NCBI GenBank assembly: GCA_951406725.2 | Contig: OX597817.1 | Span: 51,770,001 to 51,834,000 of the forward strand | Reading direction: 5' to 3' | Origin: Octopus vulgaris | Taxonomy: Eukaryota | Length of the DNA stretch: 64,000 nt | In this document: positions 24,935-36,566 of the stretch, piece after piece | Position numbering within the stretch: position 1 is the first letter of the stretch | Layout of the letters: each line of letters begins with the position of its first letter | Position numbers and translations under genes: made by a program | Notes under the pieces: model-generated | What the model was told of the DNA's origin: nothing | What the model saw: the letters and a program-made list of their open reading frames with translations, nothing else | Databases searched by the model: none

Positions 24935-25135
24935 AGATTTCAAATTTTGGTACAACGCCAGCAATTTCGGGGAGGGGTTAAGTCGATTACATCGACCCAG
25001 TACGAAACTGGTACCTATTTTATCGACCCCACAAATATGAAAGGCGAAGCTAACCTCGGCAACGTTTGGACTCAGAACGCAAAATTGGAAGAAATGACAC
25101 TAAGCATTTTTTTCCGACACGGTTACGATTCTGCT
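24935..25135 (-). mobile_element. SINE family A, diverged
   Basis: Similar to 3460-3675. Confidence 0.7.
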
Positions 25136-25333
25136 ATATTTATATGAATTGAACAGAACGACATTACTAGCAGTTTCCCGTAAATCTTTTGACTCAGATG
25201 TCATTAAATTCCTCCGTTTGGATCTGCCAGACAAATGGAAAATATATCTTTTAAGGATCTGTCGAGAACGTTATAGGGATTTCCTCTAGGAAAACTAGGC
25301 AAGAGGGACACATTGGAATAAGAACATATTGTG

Positions 25334-25570
25334 AAGGCGGCGAGCTGGCAGAATCGTTAGCACGCCGGGCGAAATGCTTAGCGGTATTTCATCTGCCGCT
25401 ACATTCTGAGTTCAAATTCCGCCGAAGTCCACTTTGCCTTTCATCCTTTCGGGGTCTATTAAATAAGTACCAGTTACGCACTGGGGTCGATGTAATTGAC
25501 TTAATCTCTTTATCTGTTCTTGTTTGTCCCCTCTATGTTTAGCCCCTTGTGGGCAATAAAGAAATAAGAA
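25334..25570 (+). mobile_element. SINE family A
   Basis: Full-length copy; catattgt repeated on both flanks. Confidence 0.87.
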
Positions 25571-25866
25571 GAGCATATTGTAGGACGGCAACTCGGGGTT
25601 AAATCCCGACGAGTTACGTCACGTGGTATGAAACCTCTGCTATTACAATGGGATATAGGAGAGGAAGAAAGGAAAGAATAAAGGAATGGATCTCAGGCAA
25701 TAGTATAAACGAGATAAGCAAATTGATCTAAAGTAAAATACAATCTCACGCGATAATGTGGTATTCGAGTGTATTTTAAATGTTCAATGAAATGTTTTTA
25801 ATCTTTGATCGATGAGGTTTCATTTGAGTTTAAGCAAGAACACAATGAACAAATTCAACAAAACCA

Positions 25867-25985
25867 GGAAGCCACTCGTGGAATTTAACACGCAAGAAAG
25901 AACAGCTAGGTTCTATAACCCTAATTTTTGTGGTTATAGAACCTAGCTGTTCTTTGTAGCTTGTTGAATTCCACGAGTGGATTCC
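25867..25985. repeat. Compact hairpin / inverted repeat
   Basis: Perfect 24-bp inner stem aaagaacagctaggttctataacc/ggttatagaacctagctgttcttt, 11-nt loop, outer stem ccactcgtggaatt/aattccacgagtgg. Confidence 0.85.
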
Positions 25986-26002
25986 TTATGTGTTTAAATG
26001 TA

Positions 26003-26046
<44 letters not shown>

Positions 26047-26224
26047 AAATGTCATAAGCGAAATGATTATTTATTCATTTACTCATCACAGGGTGTTTAT
26101 CATGGAGAAAAATCACCCAAAGATCTGATGAGCTAAACATCATCGCAAACCGGATCCTGGTTAGTTAAATGTGACTTTTCTTCTACTACTAACTCTCTAT
26201 TTTGACAGCAAAAATACATACACA

Positions 26225-26255
<31 letters not shown>

Positions 26256-26649
26256 AATGGATAGATATTTTTAAGGACTAATAACTAAGGGGTTTATTAA
26301 TGAAGTGACTTAACAATATTACATGGAATCTTGCATTTTAGGCATTTAGAAGATGGAGTCTTGCATTTGGAACAATTTGTCAGATATAATAGATTTTGAA
26401 AAAAATGTTTTACGATAATGACTACAATTTGGTAATATGTAGGTATAGTTATATATAGAAGAGGATATGTGAGGATTCGGAGATTGAATTCTGGGCGTAC
26501 GTTTGGCGATTAACAACATGTTGAGACGATATATACGGTCACTTTTGATGTTTTGACCAGTTTGGTCCAACTGGTTTCCGGCATGTATTTTAACCATATA
26601 GTACCCATATAAGTTAATAAATATATTAAAGATTCACATAGTTAGATGT

Positions 26650-26696
<47 letters not shown>

Positions 26697-27192
26697 TAAA
26701 TTTGTAATAACCTATCTCTCATATGTATTATGTTAGAATAATATCCCTTTAGTATATCACTTTAACCCTAAATTCATATATGTGTGTATGTGTGTATATA
26801 TGTATATATATATATGTGTGTGTGTGTGTATGTGTGTGTGTGTGTGTGAATTCACCAATGAATTCACCTGCATTTTGTTCTGTTTATAATTTGATTTCAT
26901 CGGTTATCAATTAACCAGCCATAACTGAGGCAAAGCAATTCAAAACAATTGATAACCTTAGATTAAGTAACTGAACAAAAATAACCCCTCCCCACTTCCC
27001 GCAAGATTTCAACTACTGCATAAATATAAAAAATAACGGAGAACTAAACATATCACGTTTATATGAAAATATATGTAAGTTTGTGTATTATTGTTATAAT
27101 TATATTATATAATTATAAGGACTACTGCACTTGTCCTCCCTTCTAAACACATATAATACGTTTGTACCTATGAGTATGTTTTAGCGGAAATA

Positions 27193-27231
<39 letters not shown>

Positions 27232-27315
27232 AAGGGTGGAAAGGAACACACGAGTTGATATATATGAAAAAACAAGTAAAAAATAGAAAATGCTAAGATG
27301 ATTTTATAGTGAATC

Positions 27316-27359
27316 TTTCAGTACCGGTTTCGGTCATTTTGAGACCTTTTCAACTGTAA
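27316..27359 (-). ncRNA. Minimal type I hammerhead ribozyme (U3-A8 core variant) in the PLE 3' UTR
   Basis: Minus strand reads ttacag-TTGAAAA-GGTC tcaaaat GACC-GAAA-CCGG-TA-ctgaaa: stem I, core with compensatory U3/A8, 4-bp stem II, palindromic stem III, GUA cleavage triplet. Confidence 0.8.
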
Positions 27360-27752
27360 CGATTAAATAATTAAATTTTGAAAAATTTAGAAAAATTAGA
27401 AGAAAGGTTTTTTTAAAGGAATACTTCCATAGTAGTGTTCAGATATATGTGGCATTCTGCCTTTCTCTGACTCCCTTGTTTGCACTTGTGTATTCGAGGT
27501 CGTTGTGAGTTCTTGAGGGGGTGGGAGTGGGAAAATCTGGGCTGGTCAGTGGCGACCGGCAGTCGCTGCGTAGGCGTTATACTTAAAGACATTAGTGGGG
27601 GTAGAAGGTGGAGAAGTAGAAGAAGAAGAAGATGACAGTGCCGATGATGATGACGATGAAGAAGAAGAAGGAGAAGGAGAAGATGACGATGATGATGGTG
27701 GTGATGACGATGACGACGATGATGATGAAGAAGAAGAAGAGGGAGAAGAAGA

Positions 27753-27783
<31 letters not shown>

Positions 27784-27897
27784 GGAGAATATGAATGGGT
27801 GAAGATATAGCTGTTTTGGGGCGATTAGTAATGGATTCTATGGAATGTAATATTTGTGTGTGTATATATATTTCTTTTATTCTTAAGTTGAGCTATA

Positions 27898-30051
27898 TTA
27901 ATTGTTTGTCGTAGACCCGTTAAGAAGTGGCCTGTATTTTATAATAAAGAGATTTTCTTTACTTATTCGTTGTCTCGAGGTTGTATCGTCCCTAAATTGG
28001 TAGAGGGGGAAAATTCTGAAGTTTGGTGTTTTTTTGTTGGCGCAAGTATCTATGTGTTGGCTAAAAGCTATTTTTCTGTTTTGGGGAATTTTTATCTGGG
28101 ATCTGTGCAGGGCCATTCGTTTACGCAAACCATTTTTTGTTTGGCCTATGTACTGCTCTTGACACCCGGAGCAGATTAGTGAGTATATTAGGTTCTCCGA
28201 AGCACATGTGAAGTTGCTTTTCACTGTAAACCGTTGTCCCTGTTTGAAGGAGAACTCAGAACCCTCGATTAGATAGTCGCATATCCCGCAATTGGGTCTT
28301 CCACATTTTTTTACTGTCGGCTTCTGTGTTGAAGAGTGAATTCGGGCTTGTGTTAGAAGACTTTTCATGGATCTAGGCTGTCTTTTGCTTTTTATGATCG
28401 TGTGTGTTTGGAGGATTGTGTTCATTCTGTGGTCTTTTTTTAGGAGGGGTATGTTGTGGAGGATGGTGCCGAAGGCTTCGTTATTGAGAGGGTTGTGTGT
28501 GGAGATGTATGGTAAGGCTTTTGGTTGTAAGTTTTTCTTTGATTTGGGATGTCTCAGTTCCTTGATGTTAAGTTGAAGGGCACGTTGAATGCACTTGTCA
28601 ATAAGTGAAGGTGGATAGTTCCTGGTGATAAGGGTATCTTTTAGTTCTTGTAGTCGTGTGTCTCTGGTGTTTGCGTTAGAGACTATAGTGCATATCCTTT
28701 TTGCTAGATTGAAGGGGATATTCATCCTGGTGTGTCTGGGGTGGCATGAATTGAATGGAAGATATTGCTTAGAGTCTGTAGGTTTATAGTATATGTCTGT
28801 TTCTATTATATTATTAGCTTTCTTAATGAGGATATCGAGGAAGGGAAGTTGTTGCTGGCTATATTCCATCGTGAATTGGATGTTTACGTCCAGCCCGTTT
28901 AAAAGTTCCTGGAATTCTATGAGTTTTTCTATATTTTTATGCCAAAGAATGAAACAGTCATCTAGATATCTCTTCCAGTTGTTTTCTATGTAGATGGAGA
29001 AAGGGCTGCCATATCTTTCTAGAACCTTACGATATAGACTGATCTCTAGGTATCCTATGACTAGGTTGGCAAAGGAGGGGGCCATTCGTGTACCCATCGC
29101 AGTCCCCGATTTTTGTCGGTAGAAGTTGTCATTGAAGGCGAAGAAGTTATTTTCCAGGATGAATTTAACCCCTTCTATCACGAATTCTTTTTTGATGCGG
29201 TGTGGTAGTTCGTTGGCGTAATTCTCTAGCCAGAATTGGATTGCCTCTAGTCCTAGGTTGTGGGGGATATTGGAGTAGAGGTTGACTACATCGAAGGATA
29301 CCAGTATGGTGTTTTGGTTTATAGTATTCGGTAGGTGATTGAGCATATCTAAGTCGTCCCTTATATAGCTTTTGACATGTTTGAGGAGTGGTTTTAACAG
29401 GGTGTCTAAAAAGTTACTGAGGCGGTGGGTTTCGCATGCGGGACCTGCTATTATGGGTCTCAATTTCAGGTCATTAGGATTAGGGACTTTAATTATTTTG
29501 TCTGTGGCTATCTTGCATGCGTTGCTTATTTTTTCACTTTTGTGGATCTTAGGTATACCGTAGAATTGGCTAGTTTTACTTGTGAAATTGGTCATATAAT
29601 CATATTCTTTGTCGGTGAGGCCTGCTTTGTATGGGTTAAATATGGATTTTAGTTCCCTCATTATTTTTTGTTGACTGTAGTTTTGTGCCTTTTCATAGTA
29701 TGTTGTGTCTTCCAGCATAGAAAGAACCAAAGTTATGTAAAAAGTCGTATCCATTAAGACAACAGCACTCCCTTTATCGGCCTCTTTGATTGTTATTGTT
29801 TTATCTTGTTTTAATTTGTTCAACTCAGCCCATTCTTTTTTGCTGAAGTTTGGTTTGTGTTTTTGTTTGTGCATATGTTGATATGGGTAATTAGATATGT
29901 GGTCACAGAAATCATCAAGTGTTTTGTTCTTACCTTTCGAGGGGGTGTAGTTACTCCTATTTCTGGCTAACGATTCGTCCTCGTTGTATTTATCGTATAG
30001 CTCCTCAGTAAGTCTTAATTTTCTGCAGAATTCTGCGATGTCTTCTTTCAT
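27898..30051 (-). CDS. Penelope-like element (Neptune-type) reverse transcriptase with C-terminal GIY-YIG endonuclease
   Basis: 717-aa intact ORF. PLE RT motifs: KEADKGSAVV, FYGIPKIHK, LRPIIA, LVSFDVVNLYSNIP, YRQKSGTAMGTRMAPSFANL, WKRYLDDCF, LPFLDI, YYKPT. Cys-rich linker KCGRPNCGIC, then NLIYSLICSGCQEQYIGQT..LRKRMALH (GIY-YIG with CxxC). The frame stays open upstream of the ATG to 30255 and includes the PLE N-terminal motif IINLTHKELTANQINILSKGLKFTPTP. Confidence 0.95.
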   Translation of the reverse strand: MKEDIAEFCRKLRLTEELYDKYNEDESLARNRSNYTPSKGKNKTLDDFCDHISNYPYQHMHKQKHKPNFSKKEWAELNKLKQDKTITIKEADKGSAVVLMDTTFYITLVLSMLEDTTYYEKAQNYSQQKIMRELKSIFNPYKAGLTDKEYDYMTNFTSKTSQFYGIPKIHKSEKISNACKIATDKIIKVPNPNDLKLRPIIAGPACETHRLSNFLDTLLKPLLKHVKSYIRDDLDMLNHLPNTINQNTILVSFDVVNLYSNIPHNLGLEAIQFWLENYANELPHRIKKEFVIEGVKFILENNFFAFNDNFYRQKSGTAMGTRMAPSFANLVIGYLEISLYRKVLERYGSPFSIYIENNWKRYLDDCFILWHKNIEKLIEFQELLNGLDVNIQFTMEYSQQQLPFLDILIKKANNIIETDIYYKPTDSKQYLPFNSCHPRHTRMNIPFNLAKRICTIVSNANTRDTRLQELKDTLITRNYPPSLIDKCIQRALQLNIKELRHPKSKKNLQPKALPYISTHNPLNNEAFGTILHNIPLLKKDHRMNTILQTHTIIKSKRQPRSMKSLLTQARIHSSTQKPTVKKCGRPNCGICDYLIEGSEFSFKQGQRFTVKSNFTCASENLIYSLICSGCQEQYIGQTKNGLRKRMALHRSQIKIPQNRKIAFSQHIDTCANKKTPNFRIFPLYQFRDDTTSRQRISKENLFIIKYRPLLNGSTTNN

Positions 30052-30333
30052 TTCGTTGTAGTTGGGGTGTTGTGGGGTGGGTGTAAACTTGAGTCCTTTG
30101 GAAAGTATGTTTATTTGGTTTGCTGTTAGTTCCTTGTGAGTTAGATTGATAATTTTTATTACTTTTGGTTCCTCCTGCTTGTTTGGTGCTATCTTGTGTC
30201 TCTGTGTTTGCGTATTGGGTCTAAAAAATGAATGCGGTGGTTGGGACGGTAGCTGTTATATAGTTGTTCTTTGTTGATGTGGGGTCTCCTGTTGTGATTT
30301 ATGGTGTGTGTTCTTGGAGGAGTATTGAGGAGA

Positions 30334-31128
30334 GCTTCGGAGAACCTAATATACTCACTAACCTGCTCCGGGTGTCAAGAGCAGTACATAGGCCAAACAA
30401 AAAATGGTTTGCGTAAACGAATGGCCCTGCACAGATCCCAGATAAAAATTCCCCAAAACAGAAAAATAGCTTTTAGCCAACACATAGATACTTGCGCCAA
30501 CAAAAAAACACCAAACTTCAGAATTTTCCCCCTCTACCAATTTAGGGACGATACAACCTCGAGACAACGAATAAGTAAAGAAAATCTCTTTATTATAAAA
30601 TACAGGCCACTTCTTAACGGGTCTACGACAAACAATTAATATAGCTCAACTTAAGAATAAAAGAAATATATATACACACACAAATATTACATTCCATAGA
30701 ATCCATTACTAATCGCCCCAAAACAGCTATATCTTCACCCATTCATATTCTCCCTTCTCTGTTTGTTTTTTTTTTCTTCTTCTTCTCCCTCTTCTTCTTC
30801 TTCTTCATCATCATCGTTATCATCATCATCGTCGTCATCGTCATCACCACCATCATCATCGTCATCTTCTCCTTCTCCTTCTTCATCGTCATCATCATCG
30901 GCACTGTCATCTTCTTCTTCTACTTCTCCACCTTCTACCCCCACTAATGTCTTTAAGTATAACGCCTACGCAGCGACTGCCGGTCGCCACTGACCAGCCC
31001 AGATTTTCCCACTCCCACCCCCTCAAGAACTCACAACGACCTCGAATACACAAGTGCAAACAAGGGAGTCAGAGAAAGGCAGAATGCCACATATATCTGA
31101 ACACTACTATGGAAGTATTCCTTTAAAA
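30334..31128 (+). repeat. Inverted duplicate of the PLE 3' end (endonuclease C-terminus plus 3' UTR)
   Basis: Encodes ASENLIYSLTCSGCQEQYIGQT...NGSTTNN, identical to the main ORF end except I>T. Other differences noticed lie in the (GAA/GAT)n and poly-A tracts. Confidence 0.92.
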
Positions 31129-31624
31129 TTCCATGAATTATTGTAGATTTGCGGCGATAGGGAATAGTAAAACTGTTCTTGTCACTGCAAAGATATTAAC
31201 CTACAAAATAAATTATTATTTCTTACCAGGAGAGCTGTGGCTCGTTTACATTAAGTTCTCAGAGAAAATATCAACTGCGTTGTTTTGCCTTGTGTCTTTC
31301 CGTGGTTTATAAAATTTCTGGGGGTTTTTTGGCACTCTATCTTATATGTCTGAGAAGAGGTATAATATATAATATAAAAATATACTATAATATAATATAA
31401 AAAGATATATAATATAATATATAATATGTCTGAAAAGAGGTATAATATATTCAGCTTCTACAAACGGTAGGCAAAGGTTGTAGAGAAAGAATAAAGCACA
31501 AAATTGACCATAAGATGAAAATATTTTTCGTGTTAATTCAAATAACATTCGGAAGGGTTAAAATGAATTGGGGAGAAGAACGAACGAATTTATCTAATAA
31601 GCGTAACTGTGCTGGAAGATTTGT

Positions 31625-31955
31625 CTTCCCAACTACATGGTTCCAAGAGCAGTGCCGCTGCGTGACACTTGGGGCAAGTGTCTTCTTCTATAACCTCGGG
31701 CCGTGAGTTTGCGCGCGTGTGTGTATATGTGTTTGTGTTTGACCCCACCATCGCTTGACAATCGGTGTAGTTTTGTTTACGTCACTGTAGCTTAACGGTT
31801 CGGCAAAAAGACACCGACAGAATAAGTATCAAGCTTGAAAAAAGTACTGCACTCGGTTCCTTTGAATGCGGTACTTCTTTGAAAGGAATCGAATTTGAAA
31901 ATTATTTTCAAGGCGTTGCCCCAGCATGGCTGCAGTCTATTGACTGAAACAAATG
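31625..31955 (+). mobile_element. SINE family B, diverged
   Basis: ggcaagtgtcttcttctataacctcgggccg ... ccagcatggctgcagtctattgactgaaac. Confidence 0.75.
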
Positions 31956-32060
31956 AATGAAAAACGACAAACCCAATATTTAACAATGAGAAAACCACAA
32001 CAGGGGCTAATGTGGGTTAATAACAAAGTTTCTGTAGGATTAAGCTTCTGAAAGAATAAC

Positions 32061-32210
32061 CATATTTACATTATTTACATTTGACGGATATTTCTCCTCA
32101 TCTTGTTTGTTGTTAACATAACGTTTCGGCTGATGTACTCTTCAGACTTCATCAGGTGTGCCGCGGGAATTTCAAACCTAGGTTCTCTAAGGTATTTTCC
32201 AATGTTGTTA
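32061..32210 (-). mobile_element. Short PLE-like remnant with hammerhead motif (32115-32160) next to an (ATT)n tract
   Basis: Minus strand acac-CTGATGA-A-gtctga agagtaca tcagcc-GAAA-CG-TT-atgt. Confidence 0.55.
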
Positions 32211-32485
32211 TTATTATTATCATGATTTATTATTATTATTATCATTATTTATTATTATTATTATTATTATCGTTATTTATTTTTATTATTATTATCATTA
32301 TTATTATTATCATCATTATTTATTATTATCATTACTATTATTATCATTATTTACCATTATTATTATTATCATTATTTATCATTATTATTTTTATCATTAT
32401 TTATTATTATAATTATCATTATCAGTATTTATTATTATCATCATCATTATTATTACCATTATCATCATCATTATTATTATTGATA
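32208..32485. repeat. Degenerate (ATT/ATC)n tract
   Basis: Directly visible. Confidence 0.95.
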
Positions 32486-32489
32486 TTGT

Positions 32490-32856
32490 AGGCGCAGGAG
32501 TGGATGTGTGGTAAGTAGCTTGCTTACCAACCACATGGTTATGGGTTCAGTCCCACTGCGCGGCACCTATAGCCTCAGGCCGACCAAAGCTTCGTGAGTG
32601 GATTTGGTAGACGGAAACTGAAAGACGCCTGTCGTATATATATGTCTGTGTGTGTATGTTTGTATGTCTGTGTTTGTTCCCCAGCATCGCTTGACAACCG
32701 ATGCTGGTGTTTACGTCTCCGTAACTTAGCTGTTCGGCAAAACAAAACGATAGAATAAGTACTAGGCTTACAAAGAATAAGTCCTGGGGTCGATTTGCTC
32801 GACGAAAGGCAGTGCTCCAGCATGGCCGCAGTCAAATGACGGAAACAAATAAAAGA
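32490..32856 (+). mobile_element. SINE family B
   Basis: Near full-length match to 12647-13040. Confidence 0.88.
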
Positions 32857-32882
32857 AAAAATGAATTATTATTATTATTATT

Positions 32883-33432
32883 GAGTGAGAGAGTAGTGCA
32901 TACATCAAAGTGACACTGGGGTAAAATATATGAAGCCTAATATACCCATCATGACTATCCGTCTGATAAGAGTACATTAGGCACATGCATCACAACCATA
33001 TGTGCGCGACATGGTGATCTCATATCAAGATAAACAGCACATGACCTTGCAGGTGGGGCCTAGTTAGAATTTTTTTCTGGTCGGGTAACCCATCCCGCTC
33101 AAAAGGTCCCTGAATAAGTGTTGCTTAAGGATGTTGAGCGAAACATGTTTCTAAAGGTGAATGATCCAAACTTTTAAGAATTCCTTTCAGCACACGGCTA
33201 TGATGCTCCCCCACAACTTCTGCTCGTGATCAGAGAAGCACATATCGTCAGCCACTAAGGGACATGCTCAAATGGTTAATGTCAAACAACTGACAAGCAA
33301 ATCGGTGGTATTGAGCAGAATACTTGCTGTAGCCCATCTTTTATACCAAGACAAAACAATGTACATGATAACACTTCCAATCAGTTAAGATCAGAAGCCA
33401 TGAAAGCCACTGCCTGATACTGCATCAGGGCA
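32883..33432. mobile_element. Probable interspersed element inserted in (ATT)n
   Basis: About 550 bp of complex sequence bounded on both sides by (TTA)n; no ORF; family not established from this window. Confidence 0.4.
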
Positions 33433-33877
33433 TTTATTATTATTATTACAATAATCACGAATACGAAATAAACAGTCAGACTCCACAACTAATTCGTCCA
33501 ACCTAAACAACAGCATACCATCAATTCTCTACAGATGTCTGATCACAATCCCCGATGATACCTTATACCGATCGAATATACAAAACTGCTAAAAATACAT
33601 CTGAAACTCTATATTTTCCTTGAAGCATGACATTTCAAATATACTTTTTAAAAATCGTTTTTATAAATTATGGAAACAAACATCGAAAAACACAAAAAAC
33701 TATGTATAAATATTTTCCAAAGCTCCACTATTTATTATTTTTCTTATAGTATAGCTACACCTTTAACATAACACACACACACACACACATATGTATGTAT
33801 ATTTATGTGTATATAGGTGTGTGTTTATATGTGTGTGTATATGTGTGTGCGTGCGTTTGAACATCTATGATGTATTT

Positions 33878-34077
33878 TATTTGTTTCAGTCATTTTGACT
33901 GCGGCCATGCTGGAGAACCGCCTTTAGTCGAACAAATCGACTTATTCTTTGTAAGCCTAGTGCTTATCCTATCGGTCTCTTTTGCCGAACCGCTAAGTTA
34001 GAGACTTAAACACTCCAGCATCGGTTGTCAAGCAATGGTTGGGGGACAAACACAGACACATAAACGTACACACACGC

Positions 34078-34136
<59 letters not shown>

Positions 34137-34305
34137 TATACGACGGGCTTCTTTCAGTTTCCGTCTACCAAATCCACTCACAATACTTTGGTTGGCCCGA
34201 GACTTTAGTAGACGATGCTTGCCCAAGGTTCCACGCAGTGGTGCTGAACCCGGAACCATGTGGTCGGTAAGCAAGCTACTTACCACACAGCCAATACCGC
34301 GCCTA
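33878..34305 (-). mobile_element. SINE family B
   Basis: Reverse complement copy with internal (CA)n(TA)n. Confidence 0.87.
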
Positions 34306-35266
34306 TATATATATATATATATATATACACACGTGCGACGTGCTTCCTTCAGTTTCCATATCCAAGGGAACCACAACATCCTACGTTCAGTCAAACTATA
34401 TTTCCCAATTGTACATTAATCATCAAATTTCTTAACGCTCCTCATCCTCACTTTCCTTCTAGTCCCCCTACATTACAAACTCCCATTGTCTTTCTGTGCC
34501 CATCCAATTTAACTGCACTGACCCTTAATCTATATATTTACTTATCAATTTTAAGTGATTAATGGATGAAACGTTTTCCCTTTAAGTTGAACATATTTTT
34601 TCAAACATTTTTCTACCCCGTTTGACCTTCATTGTTCTACAACCACTGCCAAAACATTCTCATCTGCATTCCTGCTTTAACGATCTCTCATTCTCTTTCT
34701 CACTGTCTTTCTCTTTATCTCTTTCTTTCTTTCTCCTCTTCTTTCATAGTTTCTATTTAAACATTCACACATTTAACTCGTTCTCTCTATTACTTTTTAT
34801 CAGTAATTTTCTCTTTTTCTGGTTGATCTAAGTCAAGCATATATAAATACATAAAGCAATGCAAAGTATTTGATCCTTTTTCCTCCCTTTATGTCCTTAT
34901 CATCATCTATTTTTCTATTTCTGTATTTTCCCACGTTTTGTCGTTTCATCTCTTCATTTTGAATCCGTTTCTCCTCTATCTCTTCTCCCCTTTATTTCTC
35001 CCATTCCATTCCACACACAAACATACAACTTCCTTTTATTTCTCACCTTCATCGTTTTTATTTTTTCCTAATTTCACATAAGAGTAACAATTCCTACTTC
35101 AAGCTACATAAAATTGCATTCTTTATTCTTTTTCAAATATATATATGTATATATAGAAAAAATATATATGCATGTATACGCATACTTACATGTGTGTGTA
35201 CAAAACAAACACATATATATACATATATATACATATATATATATACATACACACAAACACACACAC

Positions 35267-35446
35267 ATTTTTATTTCCTCTCCCTGTTTATTTCTGTGTT
35301 CCTTTCTGTCGAAGAGCGTAGGCTCGAAACGTAAAAGACTTTCTCACTTCCCGAGCGTTAAACTAATACATCTGTTTGTTGTTTACACACCTATCTTCGT
35401 CTTTTGTTTTTTTCGTTTTCTTTTTTGTTTTTAATAAATTCTCACT
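35267..35446 (+). mobile_element. Short microsatellite-associated element with hammerhead-like motif (35302-35337), copy 1
   Basis: cttt-CTGTCGA-A-GAGC gtag GCTC-GAAA-CG-TA-aaag. Homologous copies at 44139-44330 and 46043-46212. Confidence 0.6.
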
Positions 35447-35635
35447 ATATATACACACGCATACATGTGCATTGTCATCTTTGTATATGCTTACGGACAC
35501 GCATAAATCTACGAGAATTTCCGTCATATTTTCCAATATTTTGCTTGAATGACATTTTCCATTTATACCAGGATATTTGTTATACATATGCATGTGCGAT
35601 GTGTGTGTGTGCGAGCGTGTCTGTCCGTATGTATG

Positions 35636-35667
<32 letters not shown>

Positions 35668-35806
35668 CATACACATACGCACACATATATATATATATGT
35701 GTGTGTATATGCGCTCATGTATACATATTACCGCACGTATGCATATATTCAATTAATATATTTCTGTGACTTGCTCTGAAAACAGTACATCCGTACATAC
35801 GTTTAT

Positions 35807-36302
<496 letters not shown>

Positions 36303-36397
36303 ATATTTCCAATTGGTTTTCCAAAATAAAAGAGAATTTCGGAATAGCGGCTTTGAATTCAGTATGTGTGTGTGTCTTTTTGTGCGTGTGTGTGTAT

Positions 36398-36566
36398 GTC
36401 GTTACGTTCTGAGTTCCAATTCCGCTGAGGTCGACTTTGCCTTTCCTTTCGGGGTCGATAAATAACGTACCAGTTTCGCACTGGGGTCAATGTAATCGAC
36501 TTAATCCGTTTGTCTGTCCTTGTTTGTCCCCTCTATGTTTAGCCCCTTGTGGGTAGTAAAGAAATA
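36398..36566 (+). mobile_element. SINE family A, 5'-truncated
   Basis: Central domain and tail match the family. Confidence 0.8.

Larger units (their letters stand above)
27232..31128 (-). mobile_element. Penelope-like retroelement insertion: 5'-truncated body plus inverted pseudo-LTR copy of the 3' region
   Basis: Body on the minus strand from ~30333 to ~27232, ending in a (TA)n tract. 30334-31128 is the near-identical reverse complement of 27411-28203. Confidence 0.9.

Noticed and set aside
27595-27810. Poly-Asp/Glu ORF (mirror at 30735-30944)
   Set aside because: A (GAA/GAT)n tract in the PLE 3' UTR read antisense; no evidence of coding.
30301-30639. Apparent stand-alone 112-aa GIY-YIG gene
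   Set aside because: A chimera created by the inversion junction: antisense PLE sequence supplies the ATG and fuses to the duplicated endonuclease tail.
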